Of a DNA stretch of 64,000 nt, positions 35,711-45,967 are shown one piece after another. Under the pieces are notes generated by a model, which was not told the DNA's origin, made no database searches, and worked only from the letters and a program-made list of their open reading frames with translations. How positions within the stretch are numbered: position 1 is the first letter of the stretch; each line of letters starts with the position of its first letter. The position numbers and the translations under genes are program-made. This stretch comes from Alphaproteobacteria bacterium. Lineage in GTDB: Bacteria; Pseudomonadota; Alphaproteobacteria; JAAXGF01. The stretch is from positions 320,001-384,000 of the forward strand of contig CAUVXB020000002.1 in NCBI GenBank assembly GCA_963555825.3, given 5' to 3'.

Positions 35711-36655
35711 TCAGGCGCCGGCGCGCCGGCGCGCGAGCGACCAGCCGATGATGGCGGCGAACACCACGGCGCCGCCGGCCATGGTCAGCGCGCCGGGCAC
35801 CTCGTCGACGAAGAGCCAGACCCAGAGCGGGCCGAGTATCATTTCGACCAGCGCGATCAACGTTATCTCGGCCGCCGGCACGTGGCGCGAGCCCAAGGTG
35901 AACAGCGCATGGCCCACACATGACAGGCAGCCGCCCCACAGGATGCACAGCACGATGTCGTGCAGCGATGGCGCGAGGTCGGCGGCCATGATGCCGCCGA
36001 TCGACATCGAGAAGAACGCGGCCCAGCAGACCGAGGCCAGCATGTCGACGTGGCTGTTGCGGCGCAGCGCGACGACGTAGAGCGCGAACAGCACGGCGGT
36101 CGCCAGCGCCAGCAGGTTGCCGATCACCGTGCCGCTGCCGAAGCCGTCGGCGACCATAACGGCGATGCCGACCATCGAGACGCCGATCGCGATCCAGGTC
36201 GCCCGGCGCACCCGCTCGCCCAGGATCGCCCAAGCGAAGACGGCGGCGAACATCGGCACCGACGAGAGCGTGAACAGCGTGTTGGCGACCGTCGTGTGGC
36301 TCAGGGCCTGGATGAAGCAGACACCCGCCAAACCGATCAGCGCGCCGGCCAGCATGGCGCTGGTGCCGGCGCGACGGAATTCGTGCAGCGCGCGGCGGCG
36401 GTGTCGGAAGACGAACAACAGGGACATGGCGACGCCCAGCGCGGCCGAGCGGTAGAAGATCACCTGCCACGGGCTGGCGTCGTCGATCTGGCGCAGGATC
36501 AACCCGTTGAAGCTGAGCAGGCAGGACGACATGAGCACGAAGCCGACCGCGCGCCGGTACTGCGCCGCCGTGTCGGCCGCGGCTTGCGGCAGAATGGCCG
36601 CCGCCACGCCGTCGGCCGGGGCGCGCAGGGCGGCGCCGGAGTCCGGACCGGCCAT
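35711..36655 (-). CDS. DMT/EamA transporter
   Basis: About 10 TM, LGERV, EMILGPLWVW. Confidence 0.85.
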   Translation of the reverse strand: MAGPDSGAALRAPADGVAAAILPQAAADTAAQYRRAVGFVLMSSCLLSFNGLILRQIDDASPWQVIFYRSAALGVAMSLLFVFRHRRRALHEFRRAGTSAMLAGALIGLAGVCFIQALSHTTVANTLFTLSSVPMFAAVFAWAILGERVRRATWIAIGVSMVGIAVMVADGFGSGTVIGNLLALATAVLFALYVVALRRNSHVDMLASVCWAAFFSMSIGGIMAADLAPSLHDIVLCILWGGCLSCVGHALFTLGSRHVPAAEITLIALVEMILGPLWVWLFVDEVPGALTMAGGAVVFAAIIGWSLARRRAGA

Positions 36656-36762
36656 CAGCGCCCGGCCCGCCGGGCACGCCGGTTCTTTGCTTCGTCGCGC
36701 GGATACGCCATCATCGGCCGATTGAAGTCCAATCCCTCGCCTCTCGGGAGATTATTGCGCGC

Positions 36763-37734
36763 ATGGCTGTAATGCACCCCCCGCATGGCCGCGGCCAACC
36801 GCTCGTCGACCGGTCCCTCGCGCGCGCCGCGTTGGTCGCGCTCATGCTCGCCACGGGCCCGGCGGCGGCCTTCGACCCGTCGGCGCTCGACTCGGTGGTC
36901 AGCGTGTTGCCCGACTGGCCGTCCGGCGAGCCGCTGCCCGAGCGGCCCGAAGGCAGCGGCGTCGCGGTGATGACGGGCGGCTATATCGCGACCAACGACC
37001 ATGTGCTGGGCGCGGCGAAGAGTTTGCGCGTTAGGCTCGCCGACGGGCGCATCGTGGCGGCCGAGATCGTCGGCGTCGACCGGCTGACCGACATCGCGTT
37101 GATCAAGGCGCCGGTCGAACTGCCGCTGCGCGAGATCGCCCCGCCGCCACCGCTTGGCGCAACCGTCTGCGCGATCGGCAACCCGTTCGGCCTCGGCCTC
37201 TCGGTGACCTGCGGCGTGGTCTCGGCGGTGCACCGCACGGGCACCGGCTTCAACCCGATCGAGGACTTCATCCAGACCGACGCGACGGTCAACCCGGGCG
37301 CCTCGGGCGGCGCGCTCGTGGACGCCGACGGCCGCCTCGTCGGCATGGTCTCGGCGATCTTCACCAAGGGCGCCGACGCCGACATCGGCGTCAACTTCGC
37401 CGCCTCGATGCCGTTAGTCATGCGCGTCGTCGAGGACCTCGCCCGACACGGCCGCGTCATCCGCGCCAAGACGGGCCTGCGCGTCGCCGACCTCGACGAG
37501 GCCGACCGCGCGAGCCTCGTCGGCGCCCGCGTCACCCGCGCCGATCCGGGCGGGTCGGCCGACGCCGCGGGCCTTTCCGCCGGCGACGTCATCACTGCGA
37601 TCGGCGACCGCGCGATCCGCCGCGCCAGCGACGTCCCCAGCGCGCTCCACATGCACCGCCCGGGCGACCGCGTCGCCGTCGCCTACCTGCGCGACGGCAC
37701 ACGCCACGTCGCCGATTTCGAGCTTCGGCCGTGA
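36763..37734 (+). CDS. HtrA/DegP-like serine protease with one PDZ domain
   Basis: ATNDHV, DIALIK, IQTDATVNPGASGGAL; start uncertain. Confidence 0.9.
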   Translation: MAVMHPPHGRGQPLVDRSLARAALVALMLATGPAAAFDPSALDSVVSVLPDWPSGEPLPERPEGSGVAVMTGGYIATNDHVLGAAKSLRVRLADGRIVAAEIVGVDRLTDIALIKAPVELPLREIAPPPPLGATVCAIGNPFGLGLSVTCGVVSAVHRTGTGFNPIEDFIQTDATVNPGASGGALVDADGRLVGMVSAIFTKGADADIGVNFAASMPLVMRVVEDLARHGRVIRAKTGLRVADLDEADRASLVGARVTRADPGGSADAAGLSAGDVITAIGDRAIRRASDVPSALHMHRPGDRVAVAYLRDGTRHVADFELRP

Positions 37735-37792
37735 CGCGCGCGCGGCTATATGATGGACGTGACATGTTGACGAAGCCAAAGGGGGGGAGCCG

Positions 37793-39046
37793 ATGAAAGT
37801 CGTCGTTCTGGGTGGCGGGGTCATTGGCATCACGACCGCCTACGAGCTCGCCAGGCGTGGCCACGAGGTCACCGTGGTCGAGCGCAATGCGGGGCCGGCC
37901 GAGGAGAGTAGCTACGGCAACGCCGGCATCATCGCACCGGGCCACGCCTATGCCTGGGCGTCGCCGCGCGCGCCGCTGATCCTGTTGCGCTCGCTGTGGC
38001 GCGACGACACCGCGCTTCGCTTCAAATTCAGCCTCGATCCGAAGCTCTACGCCTGGTCGCTGCGCTTCCTCGCCAACTGCACGGCGACGCGCAACCGCGC
38101 CAACACGCTCAACAAGCTGCGGCTCTGTATCTACAGCCGCGACGCGCTCAAGGCGCTGCGCGCCGACACCGGCATCGCCTATGACGAGACCACCGACGGC
38201 ACGCTCTATCTCTACCGCGACGCCGGCATGCTCGAGACCGGCATGGCCAACATGCAGCTGCTGACCGATCACGGGCTGAGTGGGCTGAAGGGCGTCTCGG
38301 CGGCGCGCTGCGCCGAGCTCGAGCCGGCGCTGGCGCCGGCCGTCGACCGCATCGCCGGCGCGATTCACTGCGCCTTTGACGAAAGCGGCGATTCGAACAA
38401 GCTGTGCCAGGGGCTGGTCGCCCTGATGGAAGACATCGGCGTGACCTTCCGCTGGGGCACCACGGTGACCGGTCTCGATGCCGAAGGTGACCGCATCGCG
38501 CGCGTTCTCACCGACAGCGGCGCGATGACCGGCGACGCCTACGTCATGTCGCTGGCGAGCTACACGCCGCTCGTTACGAAGGGCCTCGGCGTGCGCATGC
38601 CGATCTATCCGGTCAAGGGCTACTCGCTGACCGTTTCGTCCGAGGGCCACAACGGCGCGCCGGCGATGCCGGTCATCGACGAGCATAACCTGATCGCCTT
38701 CACGCCGATGGGCACGCGGTTGCGCGCCACCGCGACCGCCGAGTTCGCCGGCTACGACACCGGCTTCAAGCCGGCCGACTTCGGGCCGATGCTCAAGGTC
38801 GCGCGCGAGCTGTTCCCGGCCGGCGGCGACTACGACAAGCCGTCATACTTCGCCTGCCTGCGCCCGATGACACCCGACGGCCCGCCGGTGATCGGCGCCG
38901 GCCGCCATGCGAACCTCTACTACAACACCGGCCACGGCCACATCGGCTGGACCATGGCGGCCGGCTCGGCGCGCATCGCCGCCGACCTGGTCGACGGCCG
39001 CGCCCCCGACATCGACCTCGCCGGCCTGACGCCGGACCGGTTCTGA
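37793..39046 (+). CDS. dadA: D-amino acid dehydrogenase
   Basis: GGGVIG, SYGNAG, YPVKGYS, LRPMTPDG, GHGHIGWT. Confidence 0.85.
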   Translation: MKVVVLGGGVIGITTAYELARRGHEVTVVERNAGPAEESSYGNAGIIAPGHAYAWASPRAPLILLRSLWRDDTALRFKFSLDPKLYAWSLRFLANCTATRNRANTLNKLRLCIYSRDALKALRADTGIAYDETTDGTLYLYRDAGMLETGMANMQLLTDHGLSGLKGVSAARCAELEPALAPAVDRIAGAIHCAFDESGDSNKLCQGLVALMEDIGVTFRWGTTVTGLDAEGDRIARVLTDSGAMTGDAYVMSLASYTPLVTKGLGVRMPIYPVKGYSLTVSSEGHNGAPAMPVIDEHNLIAFTPMGTRLRATATAEFAGYDTGFKPADFGPMLKVARELFPAGGDYDKPSYFACLRPMTPDGPPVIGAGRHANLYYNTGHGHIGWTMAAGSARIAADLVDGRAPDIDLAGLTPDRF

Positions 39047-39085
39047 GCGTCCTCGGCGCCGCCCGAACTCCCGATTTTATATTAT

Positions 39086-39146
39086 TAGTGTCAGACTCCT
39101 TTAATACCGTTGAAAAACAAAGAAATAAATGGTGTCCGACCCCATT
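39086..39146. repeat. REP-like pair of short imperfect palindromes in an AT-rich gap
   Basis: TAGTGTCAGACTCC and AATGGTGTCCGACCCCATT between convergent genes. Confidence 0.45.
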
Positions 39147-39185
39147 ATTGTGAGACTCGCATGATTCGTGAACGTCGGCACCCGC

Positions 39186-40334
39186 TCAGAGCTTCTTGAA
39201 CTGCTTGCCGAGCGCGAGGCCCTGGCGCTGATAGGATGAGCCGATGCCGGCGCCGTAGAGCTTGTCGGGCACCGCCATCAGGCGCTCGTAGACCAGGCGG
39301 CCCATGGTCTGGCCGTGCTCGATGACGAACGGCACCTCGTGCGAGCGCACCTCGAGCACCGCGCGCGCCCCCGCCCCGCCCGCCTCGGCATGGCCGAAGC
39401 CGGGGTCGAAGAAGCCCGCGTAATGGACCCGGAACTCGCCGACCATGGTGTCGTAGGCGACCATCTCGGCGGCGTGGTCGGGCGGTACGTTGATCGGCTT
39501 CTCGGACGCCAGAATGTAGAAGTCGTCGGGCGTCAGGATCATGGCGTCTTCGCCCTCGGCGTGGATCGGCTTCCAGTACTCCAGCGGGTCGTAGTGGTCG
39601 ACCTTGTCGACGTCGATGATGTTGGTGTGCTGGCGCGCCTTGTAGCCGACCAGCCCGGTCGCCGGGTCGCCGCGCAGGTTGACCTTGATCGGCAGGCCGC
39701 CCGAGATCGCCTCCAGCTCGGTCTCCTCGATGAGCACCTGCTCGTCGTGCAGGCGGCGCATCTCGGTGTCGGTATACGACGGCCTGCCGCGCTTGAGCCG
39801 GATCTGCGCCAGCCGCGAGCCCTGGCGCACGACGACCGAGAAACCGCGCGGCGTGATCTCGGCGTAAAGCGGCCCCTTGTACTGCTCGGGCACGCGGTCG
39901 AACTCGGTGCCGCCGTCGGTGATCAGTCGGGTGAACACGTTGAGCCGGCCGATCGAGCTCTTCGGGCTGGCGATCGCCGAGAGCCGCTTGCCGAGGCGCA
40001 GGCTCTCCATCAGCGGCACGATGTAGACGCAGCCGCGCTCGAGCAGCGCGCCCTCGGTCAGGTCGATCTCGTGCATGCCGAAGGCGTCGATCTTGTCGCG
40101 CACCTTGTTGCCCTTGCCGGGCAGGAAGCTCGCGCGCACCCGGTAGGCGACCGCCCCCAGCCTGAGGTCGAGGCTGGCCGGCTGGATCTGGTCCTCCGGT
40201 ATGTCGACGATCGACTCGATCGCGCGCTCGCGGATCAACGCGCGGATCTCCTGCGACGGCACCGTGCCGGTCGTGCGCGTCTCCGCGCCGTCCACTTCGA
40301 GTTCGGGAAAAAGCGTCTCATGTGCCGCCAACAT
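39186..40334 (-). CDS. dcd: dCTP deaminase (long alphaproteobacterial form)
   Basis: QPASLDLRLG, PKSSIGRL, GEFRVHYAGFFDPGFG, VLEVR. Confidence 0.9.
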   Translation of the reverse strand: MLAAHETLFPELEVDGAETRTTGTVPSQEIRALIRERAIESIVDIPEDQIQPASLDLRLGAVAYRVRASFLPGKGNKVRDKIDAFGMHEIDLTEGALLERGCVYIVPLMESLRLGKRLSAIASPKSSIGRLNVFTRLITDGGTEFDRVPEQYKGPLYAEITPRGFSVVVRQGSRLAQIRLKRGRPSYTDTEMRRLHDEQVLIEETELEAISGGLPIKVNLRGDPATGLVGYKARQHTNIIDVDKVDHYDPLEYWKPIHAEGEDAMILTPDDFYILASEKPINVPPDHAAEMVAYDTMVGEFRVHYAGFFDPGFGHAEAGGAGARAVLEVRSHEVPFVIEHGQTMGRLVYERLMAVPDKLYGAGIGSSYQRQGLALGKQFKKL

Positions 40335-40438
40335 GCCATTCCCCCTCGATGAAGCCGCGTCGCGCCCTCGACGCATCGTCGAATTATACTGAGATTAAGT
40401 TGAAATATCAACGACTTAGCCAAGCGCAACCAGCGGGC

Positions 40439-40447
40439 TTATCCACA
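40439..40447. promoter_or_regulatory. DnaA box upstream of dcd
   Basis: Perfect TTATCCACA in an AT-rich intergenic region. Confidence 0.5.
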
Positions 40448-40562
40448 ATTCGATACACATGTTGGGCGCCGCCCAGCTGCCCGGATGGCTGCCGTTCCGA
40501 CGATATCCCCAGGTTCCACAGGGCGTGATCCCGCACCGTTGCCGGCGACGCGTCGCGTCTCT

Positions 40563-41360
40563 CTAGATCATCAGCAGGCGGCCGAAACCGGGCACCGGCT
40601 CGCGGTAACCGGCGAGCCTCAGCGCGTGCCACGCCATGGCGTGGTTGGACGACGTCACCGGCTTGCCGAGCTCGGCCTCGAGATCTTCGACGTACTCGAT
40701 CAGGCGCAGGTTGGTGCAGGAGACGAATACCGCGTCGACGCTCGGCTCGCGGCCCAACTCGAGCGCCGCGGCGCGCAGCGACGCGAGCGAGATGCGCCCG
40801 ACCTCGTTGTCGTTCTCGTTGTTGAACGAGCCCATCACCGGCACCTCGACGCCGCGCGCCTGGATGAAGTCGCGCATGGTCTGGTTGATCTCATCGATGT
40901 AGGGCGTCAACAGCGCGATGCGCTTGGCGCCGAGCGCCTCGAAGGCGGCCATCGCGCCGGTGATCGGCGTCGTGCACGGAACGCCCGGCCGCGATTCGCG
41001 AATGCGCGCGAAGACGTTCTCTTCGCCGATGATCATGGCGCCCGAGGTGCAGCCGTAGGCCACCACGTCGAGCGGCAGTCCGGGCAGGACGACCGATGCG
41101 GCCTCGCTCATGCGCTGCGCCATGGCGGCGAGCGTCTCGGGCGTGATCGTGCTGTCGTTGAGGATGCGGCTCTCGTAGAAGGCGACGCCCTCGATGTCGA
41201 GTATCTTGCGAAACTCGTGCTCGACGGTCTGGTCGGTGGCGAGCACGATGAGGCCGATCGCGGCGCGGTGGCCGATGCTCGGGTCGAGCTCGAACGGCAT
41301 ATATGTCTTGTTGACCAGGCCGGCGCTCTCGCCGACCACGGTCGCCGCTGCTTGGGCCAT
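40563..41360 (-). CDS. Asp/Glu racemase / maleate isomerase family (EutA-like)
   Basis: GLIVLATD, YGCTSG, LTPY, VSCTNL, SSN. Confidence 0.88.
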   Translation of the reverse strand: MAQAAATVVGESAGLVNKTYMPFELDPSIGHRAAIGLIVLATDQTVEHEFRKILDIEGVAFYESRILNDSTITPETLAAMAQRMSEAASVVLPGLPLDVVAYGCTSGAMIIGEENVFARIRESRPGVPCTTPITGAMAAFEALGAKRIALLTPYIDEINQTMRDFIQARGVEVPVMGSFNNENDNEVGRISLASLRAAALELGREPSVDAVFVSCTNLRLIEYVEDLEAELGKPVTSSNHAMAWHALRLAGYREPVPGFGRLLMI

Positions 41361-41547
41361 GGTGAAAGCCTCCTTCGTCAGCGCGGTCTCTAGGCCCATT
41401 CTAACGTTTCATTCGCCAAACGTCACGCGGGGCGTCACTCGATCGCCGCCGTCGGCCGGCGGCGCCACGAGCATGCGCACCAATGTATCGATCGTCTCGT
41501 TTAGCGCGTCGTCGTGATCGATGACGCTGGTGCGCGGGCGCCAACAA

Positions 41548-41811
41548 ATACCAAGGATCAGTGATAAAGGCCCATAGAGATCGCGTCCGCTTTTCGCCGG
41601 TGAGGCAAGGCAGCCGCGGGCGATGCAGCGCATCGGCTAGGCAACCTGGCGCCCTCCGGCGATAAGCGGACGAGACCCGAAGGGCGGCTTGCCGAGGCTC
41701 TCGGACGTCGTTGCGCCCGTCTTGCGATGCGCTGCATCGCCGTGACGGGCGCGCCTAGCCGAGAACCACGGCAAGACGTCTCTAGGGGCCTTTATCACTG
41801 ATCCTTGGTAT
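41548..41811. mobile_element. MITE-like palindromic element, third related family
   Basis: Perfect 26-bp TIR ATACCAAGGATCAGTGATAAAGGCCC / GGGCCTTTATCACTGATCCTTGGTAT; internal GAGACCCGAAGGGCGGC and two GATGC..GCATC arms. Confidence 0.85.
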
Positions 41812-41883
41812 GGGCTCTGCATCGGGGCTGGCCGAACGGCCGGTCGACCGCTACCATCCTGCGCCAACACGGGGTCACGGCGC

Positions 41884-42894
41884 ATGAAAGTCATCGAATT
41901 TGGGCGCTTCGGCGCGCCACACGAAGTCTGCCGCTGCATCGACGTCGACGCGCCCGGACCGCCCGGCGCCGACGAACTCGTCGTCGAGATCGCCGCCTGC
42001 CCGATAAACCCGGCCGATCTTCTGACCATCGCGGGCAGCTATCCCGGGCCGACCGAGTTGCCGGCGCGGGCCGGCATCGAGGGCGCCGGCTGCGTCGTCG
42101 CGCTGGGCGACGACATCACCGCCTTCGCGGTCGGCGATCCGGTGATCAGCCTGGTGCGCGCCAACTGGGCCCAACGCGTCACGTTGAAGGAAAGCCAGGC
42201 GATCAAGCTGCCCGCGGGCATCGACATGCGGCAGGCGGCGATGCTCAAGGCGAACCCGGCGAGCGCGCATCTCATGCTCGACACCCACGTCGGGCTGAAG
42301 GACGGCGTCGCGCTGAAGGACGGCGACTGGGTCATCCAGAACGCCGCAAACTCGGCGGTCGGCCGTCACGTCATCGCGCTCGCCCGGGCGCGCGGGCTGC
42401 ACACCGCGAACGTCGTTCGCCGTGAAGCGCTGGTCGCCGAGCTCCAGGCGATCGGCGCCGACGTCGTCGTCGTCGATGGCGACGATCTCACCGAACGGGT
42501 CGCGACGGCGAGCGGTGGCGCGCCCATCGCGCTGGCGCTCGACGCCATCGGCGGGGCGGCCACGATGCGCCTCGCCGGCTGCCTGGCCGACGGCGGCACC
42601 GTCGTCAACTACGGTTTCCTCGCCGGCGCGCCCTGCATGATCGACACGCACCAGGCGATCATCCATGGCATCAGCCTGACCGGCTTCTGGCTCGCGCCGA
42701 TGATCGGCCGGCTGCCGCGCGCCGAGATCGAGGCCATGTACGGCAAGCTCGCCGCGTACATGGCCGACGGCACCATTGCGGCGCCGATCGAGGCGAGCTA
42801 TGGCCTGGATGATATCGGCGACGCCTTCGCGCATGCCGCGCGCGAGCGCCGCGCCGGCAAAATCCTGTTGACGCCGAACGGTCCGATACGTTGA
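41884..42894 (+). CDS. MDR-family trans-2-enoyl-CoA reductase-like oxidoreductase
   Basis: INPADL, GIEG, NPASA, QNAANSAVG. Confidence 0.85.
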   Translation: MKVIEFGRFGAPHEVCRCIDVDAPGPPGADELVVEIAACPINPADLLTIAGSYPGPTELPARAGIEGAGCVVALGDDITAFAVGDPVISLVRANWAQRVTLKESQAIKLPAGIDMRQAAMLKANPASAHLMLDTHVGLKDGVALKDGDWVIQNAANSAVGRHVIALARARGLHTANVVRREALVAELQAIGADVVVVDGDDLTERVATASGGAPIALALDAIGGAATMRLAGCLADGGTVVNYGFLAGAPCMIDTHQAIIHGISLTGFWLAPMIGRLPRAEIEAMYGKLAAYMADGTIAAPIEASYGLDDIGDAFAHAARERRAGKILLTPNGPIR

Positions 42895-43083
42895 CTATCA
42901 CAGATTCAGCGTCTGGCATCGGCGCGACGAATTGTCGATGACGTCCATCGATCTGGATTAGAATGCGCCGCCCGCTCACAATGAGATGCTTCATGTCGCG
43001 ACGACGACCAACCGATTTGACGGTTTTCCGCGCGGCTCCCGCGCCGCGACGAAATCGGCGCCGACGGTAGGGGGACCGGAGGA

Positions 43084-44967
43084 ATGTCGAAGCAAGCGCG
43101 AACGGTGAAGGCAGCGCCGGAGAAGTCGCACGAGCAGCTGGTGGCGGATCTCGCACGGCTGGAAAGCCGCCTCGCCGAACTCGAACTGGCGCATGAAACC
43201 CAGTCGGCGGAACTAAAAACGCTACGCGAGAACGAGGAATGCCTGCGCGCGGTCATCGACAATTCGCCCAACGCGATCTCGCTCAAGAGCGCCGACGGCC
43301 ACTACATCTTCATCAACCGCGTCTACGAGAAAATCAGCGGCAAGACCAACGAGGCGGCCAGGGGCAAGACCTCGCACGAGCTGTTCCCGAAGGCGTTCGC
43401 GGATTCGGGCGTCGCCCAGGACCGCACCGTCATCGAGACCGGCGAGATCGTCGAGCAAGAGGAGGAGGTGCGCTTCGACGACGGCGAGCACACCCTGCTC
43501 ACGGTCAAGTTCCCGGTGCGCGATGCGAGCGGCGAGATCGTCGCGGTCGGCGGCATCTCGACCGACATCACGACGCGCAAGGAGGCCGAGCAGCGCGTCG
43601 AGCACCTCGCTCAGCACGACCGCCTGACCAACCTGCCCAACCGCGCGCTGTTCCTCGACCGCCTGCGCCAGGGCGCGGCGCATGCCCGACGTCACAAGGA
43701 CATCATGGGCCTCCACCTGCTGGACCTCGATCACTTCAAGGACGTCAACGACACGCTGGGCCATCACGTCGGCGACGAGCTGCTCAAGAGTGTCGCCGGG
43801 CGCCTGAACGCCTCGATTCGTGAAACCGACACAGTAGCGCGCCTCGGCGGCGACGAGTTCGCCATCGTGCAGACCGAGGTCAATGACCTGCGCGGCACGA
43901 CCGACCTCGCCGAACGCGTCATCGACGCGCTGAGCAAGCCCTTCGTCATCGAGGGCAGCCGCATCCACACCGGCGCGACAATCGGTCTTGCGATCTTCCC
44001 CGACGACGCGACCAACACCGAAGAGCTGTTGCAGAAGGCCGACCTCGCGCTCTACGCCGGCAAGGCGAAGGGGCGCAACACCTTCCAGTTCTTCGACGAG
44101 AAGATGAGCGCCAATCTGCAGACCCGTAAGGTGATCGAAGCCGATCAGCGCGACGCGCTGTCTCAGGGCGAGGGATTCGACCTTCACTACCAGCCGCTGG
44201 TGACGCTCGATACCGGCCGCATCATCGGTATCGAGGCGCTGGTGCGCTGGACCCACCCCGAGCGCGGCGCGATCAAGCCGCGCGATTTCATTCCGGTCGC
44301 CGAATCGACCGGGCTGATCCGCGATCTCGATACCTGGGCCATGCGCGTCGCGACGCGCCAGCTGGCCGAGTGGCACGCGGCGGGCCATCGGCTGCGCCTC
44401 GCGCTCAACGTCTCGGCGGCGCAAGTGCTGAGCAACGGCTACGTCGCGCTGGTCAAGAAGACGCTGAAGGACACCGGCCTCGAGCCGAGCGCCATCGAGA
44501 TCGAGATCACCGAGGACATGTTCCTGCGCACGCGCGACCCGGCGGTCGGCAAGTCGCTGCGCAACCTTGACAAACTGGGCGTCAACATCTCGGTCGACGA
44601 CTTCGGCATCGGCTACGGCTCGCTGACCTATCTGCGCCGTTTTCCGATCTCGAAGGTCAAGATCGATGCCAGCTTCGTCAACGGCATCGGCAAGGACGCG
44701 GGCGACGAGGCGATCGTTCGCGCGGTCAACGGGCTGGGCCACAGCCTCGAGATGCGCACCCTCGCCGAGGGCATCGAGACCGAAGAACAGGTAGCCTTCC
44801 TGCGCAACGAAGGATGCGACGAGGGCCAGGGCTATTTCTTCGGCCGGCCGGCCCGCCCCCGCCGACGCGATGACGGCGCTTCTCGAGGCAAAGAAATAGG
44901 AATTCCGCGCCGCCCGGAATTCTCGGGCAGGCTGCTGGATAGATTCGCACGGTCGACACCGCTATGA
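43084..44967 (+). CDS. PAS-GGDEF-EAL diguanylate cyclase/phosphodiesterase
   Basis: GGDEF, EALVRW, DDFG; C-terminal tail probably frameshifted at 44851. Confidence 0.92.
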   Translation: MSKQARTVKAAPEKSHEQLVADLARLESRLAELELAHETQSAELKTLRENEECLRAVIDNSPNAISLKSADGHYIFINRVYEKISGKTNEAARGKTSHELFPKAFADSGVAQDRTVIETGEIVEQEEEVRFDDGEHTLLTVKFPVRDASGEIVAVGGISTDITTRKEAEQRVEHLAQHDRLTNLPNRALFLDRLRQGAAHARRHKDIMGLHLLDLDHFKDVNDTLGHHVGDELLKSVAGRLNASIRETDTVARLGGDEFAIVQTEVNDLRGTTDLAERVIDALSKPFVIEGSRIHTGATIGLAIFPDDATNTEELLQKADLALYAGKAKGRNTFQFFDEKMSANLQTRKVIEADQRDALSQGEGFDLHYQPLVTLDTGRIIGIEALVRWTHPERGAIKPRDFIPVAESTGLIRDLDTWAMRVATRQLAEWHAAGHRLRLALNVSAAQVLSNGYVALVKKTLKDTGLEPSAIEIEITEDMFLRTRDPAVGKSLRNLDKLGVNISVDDFGIGYGSLTYLRRFPISKVKIDASFVNGIGKDAGDEAIVRAVNGLGHSLEMRTLAEGIETEEQVAFLRNEGCDEGQGYFFGRPARPRRRDDGASRGKEIGIPRRPEFSGRLLDRFARSTPL

Positions 44968-45015
44968 TCGGTGGATAGCCTTTTGACGTCGTTGCACAAG
45001 CATGGGCCGAGACAC

Positions 45016-45345
45016 GTGATCAACCGGGTAGCAAAATTCCAGATGGGACAGGTCGTCCACCATCGCGTCTATTCGTTCCGCGGTGTGATTTTCGATATCG
45101 ACCCGACCTTCAACAACACCGACGAGTGGTGGGAGTCGATCCCCGCGGACGTCCGACCGCACAAGGACCAACCCTACTATCACCTGCTCGCCGAGAACGA
45201 AGCGACCTATTACATCGCCTATGTCTCGGAGCAGAACCTGGTGGTCGACGAGACCGGCGAGCCGGTCGGCCACCCAGAGGTCGGCGAGATGTTCGGTGAT
45301 CTCGAGAACGGCCTGTACACGATCCGCCACAACCACGCACATTGA
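45016..45345 (+). CDS. hspQ: heat shock protein HspQ (YccV domain)
   Basis: AKF..GQVVHH..FRGVIFDIDP, DQPYYHLLAEN, YVSEQNL. Confidence 0.92.
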   Translation: MINRVAKFQMGQVVHHRVYSFRGVIFDIDPTFNNTDEWWESIPADVRPHKDQPYYHLLAENEATYYIAYVSEQNLVVDETGEPVGHPEVGEMFGDLENGLYTIRHNHAH

Positions 45346-45379
45346 ACTCGCCACGGTATCGACGAAGGGATCGATAATC

Positions 45380-45967
45380 ATGCAGCTTCAGGGAATTCGG
45401 CCGCTGTCGAGATGGCTCGTCGCGGCAGCATTGACTGGCCTTTTGGTTGTTACGGCGGCGCCCGACGTCCGCGCGGCGCAGGAAGACACCTTCGAGCTCG
45501 AGCTCGTGCTGGCCGAGGCGAGCGACTTCTTCGGCGAGACCACCCACGGGCTGGCGACGATCTTCGAGAAGGTGTTCGCCGAACTCGGCGAGCCGAACGG
45601 CTTCATCAAGGGCGAGGAAGTCTCGGGCGCCTTCGTCTTCGGCCTGCGTTACGGCCGCGGCACCTTCCACCGCAAGAACGCCGAGACGGTCAAGATTTTC
45701 TGGCAGGGGCCGTCGGTCGGCTGGGACTTCGGCGGCAACGCCTCGCGCGCCTTCGTCCTGGTCTACGATCTCGATCAGCTCGACGATCTGTTCCAGCGCT
45801 ATCCCGGCATCGAGGGCAGCTTCTATTTCGTCGCCGGTCTCGGCGTTAACTACCAGCGGCGCGGCGACGTCACGCTGGCGCCGATCCGCACCGGTGTCGG
45901 CCTGCGCGCCGGCGCCAACGTCGGCTACCTGCACATGACCGCCGAGCACAGCTGGATACCGTTCTAG
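45380..45967 (+). CDS. eipA: EipA (DUF1134) periplasmic envelope protein
   Basis: GEEVSGAF..GLRYG, WQGPSVGWDFGG, IRTGVGLRAGANVGYL. Confidence 0.85.
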   Translation: MQLQGIRPLSRWLVAAALTGLLVVTAAPDVRAAQEDTFELELVLAEASDFFGETTHGLATIFEKVFAELGEPNGFIKGEEVSGAFVFGLRYGRGTFHRKNAETVKIFWQGPSVGWDFGGNASRAFVLVYDLDQLDDLFQRYPGIEGSFYFVAGLGVNYQRRGDVTLAPIRTGVGLRAGANVGYLHMTAEHSWIPF

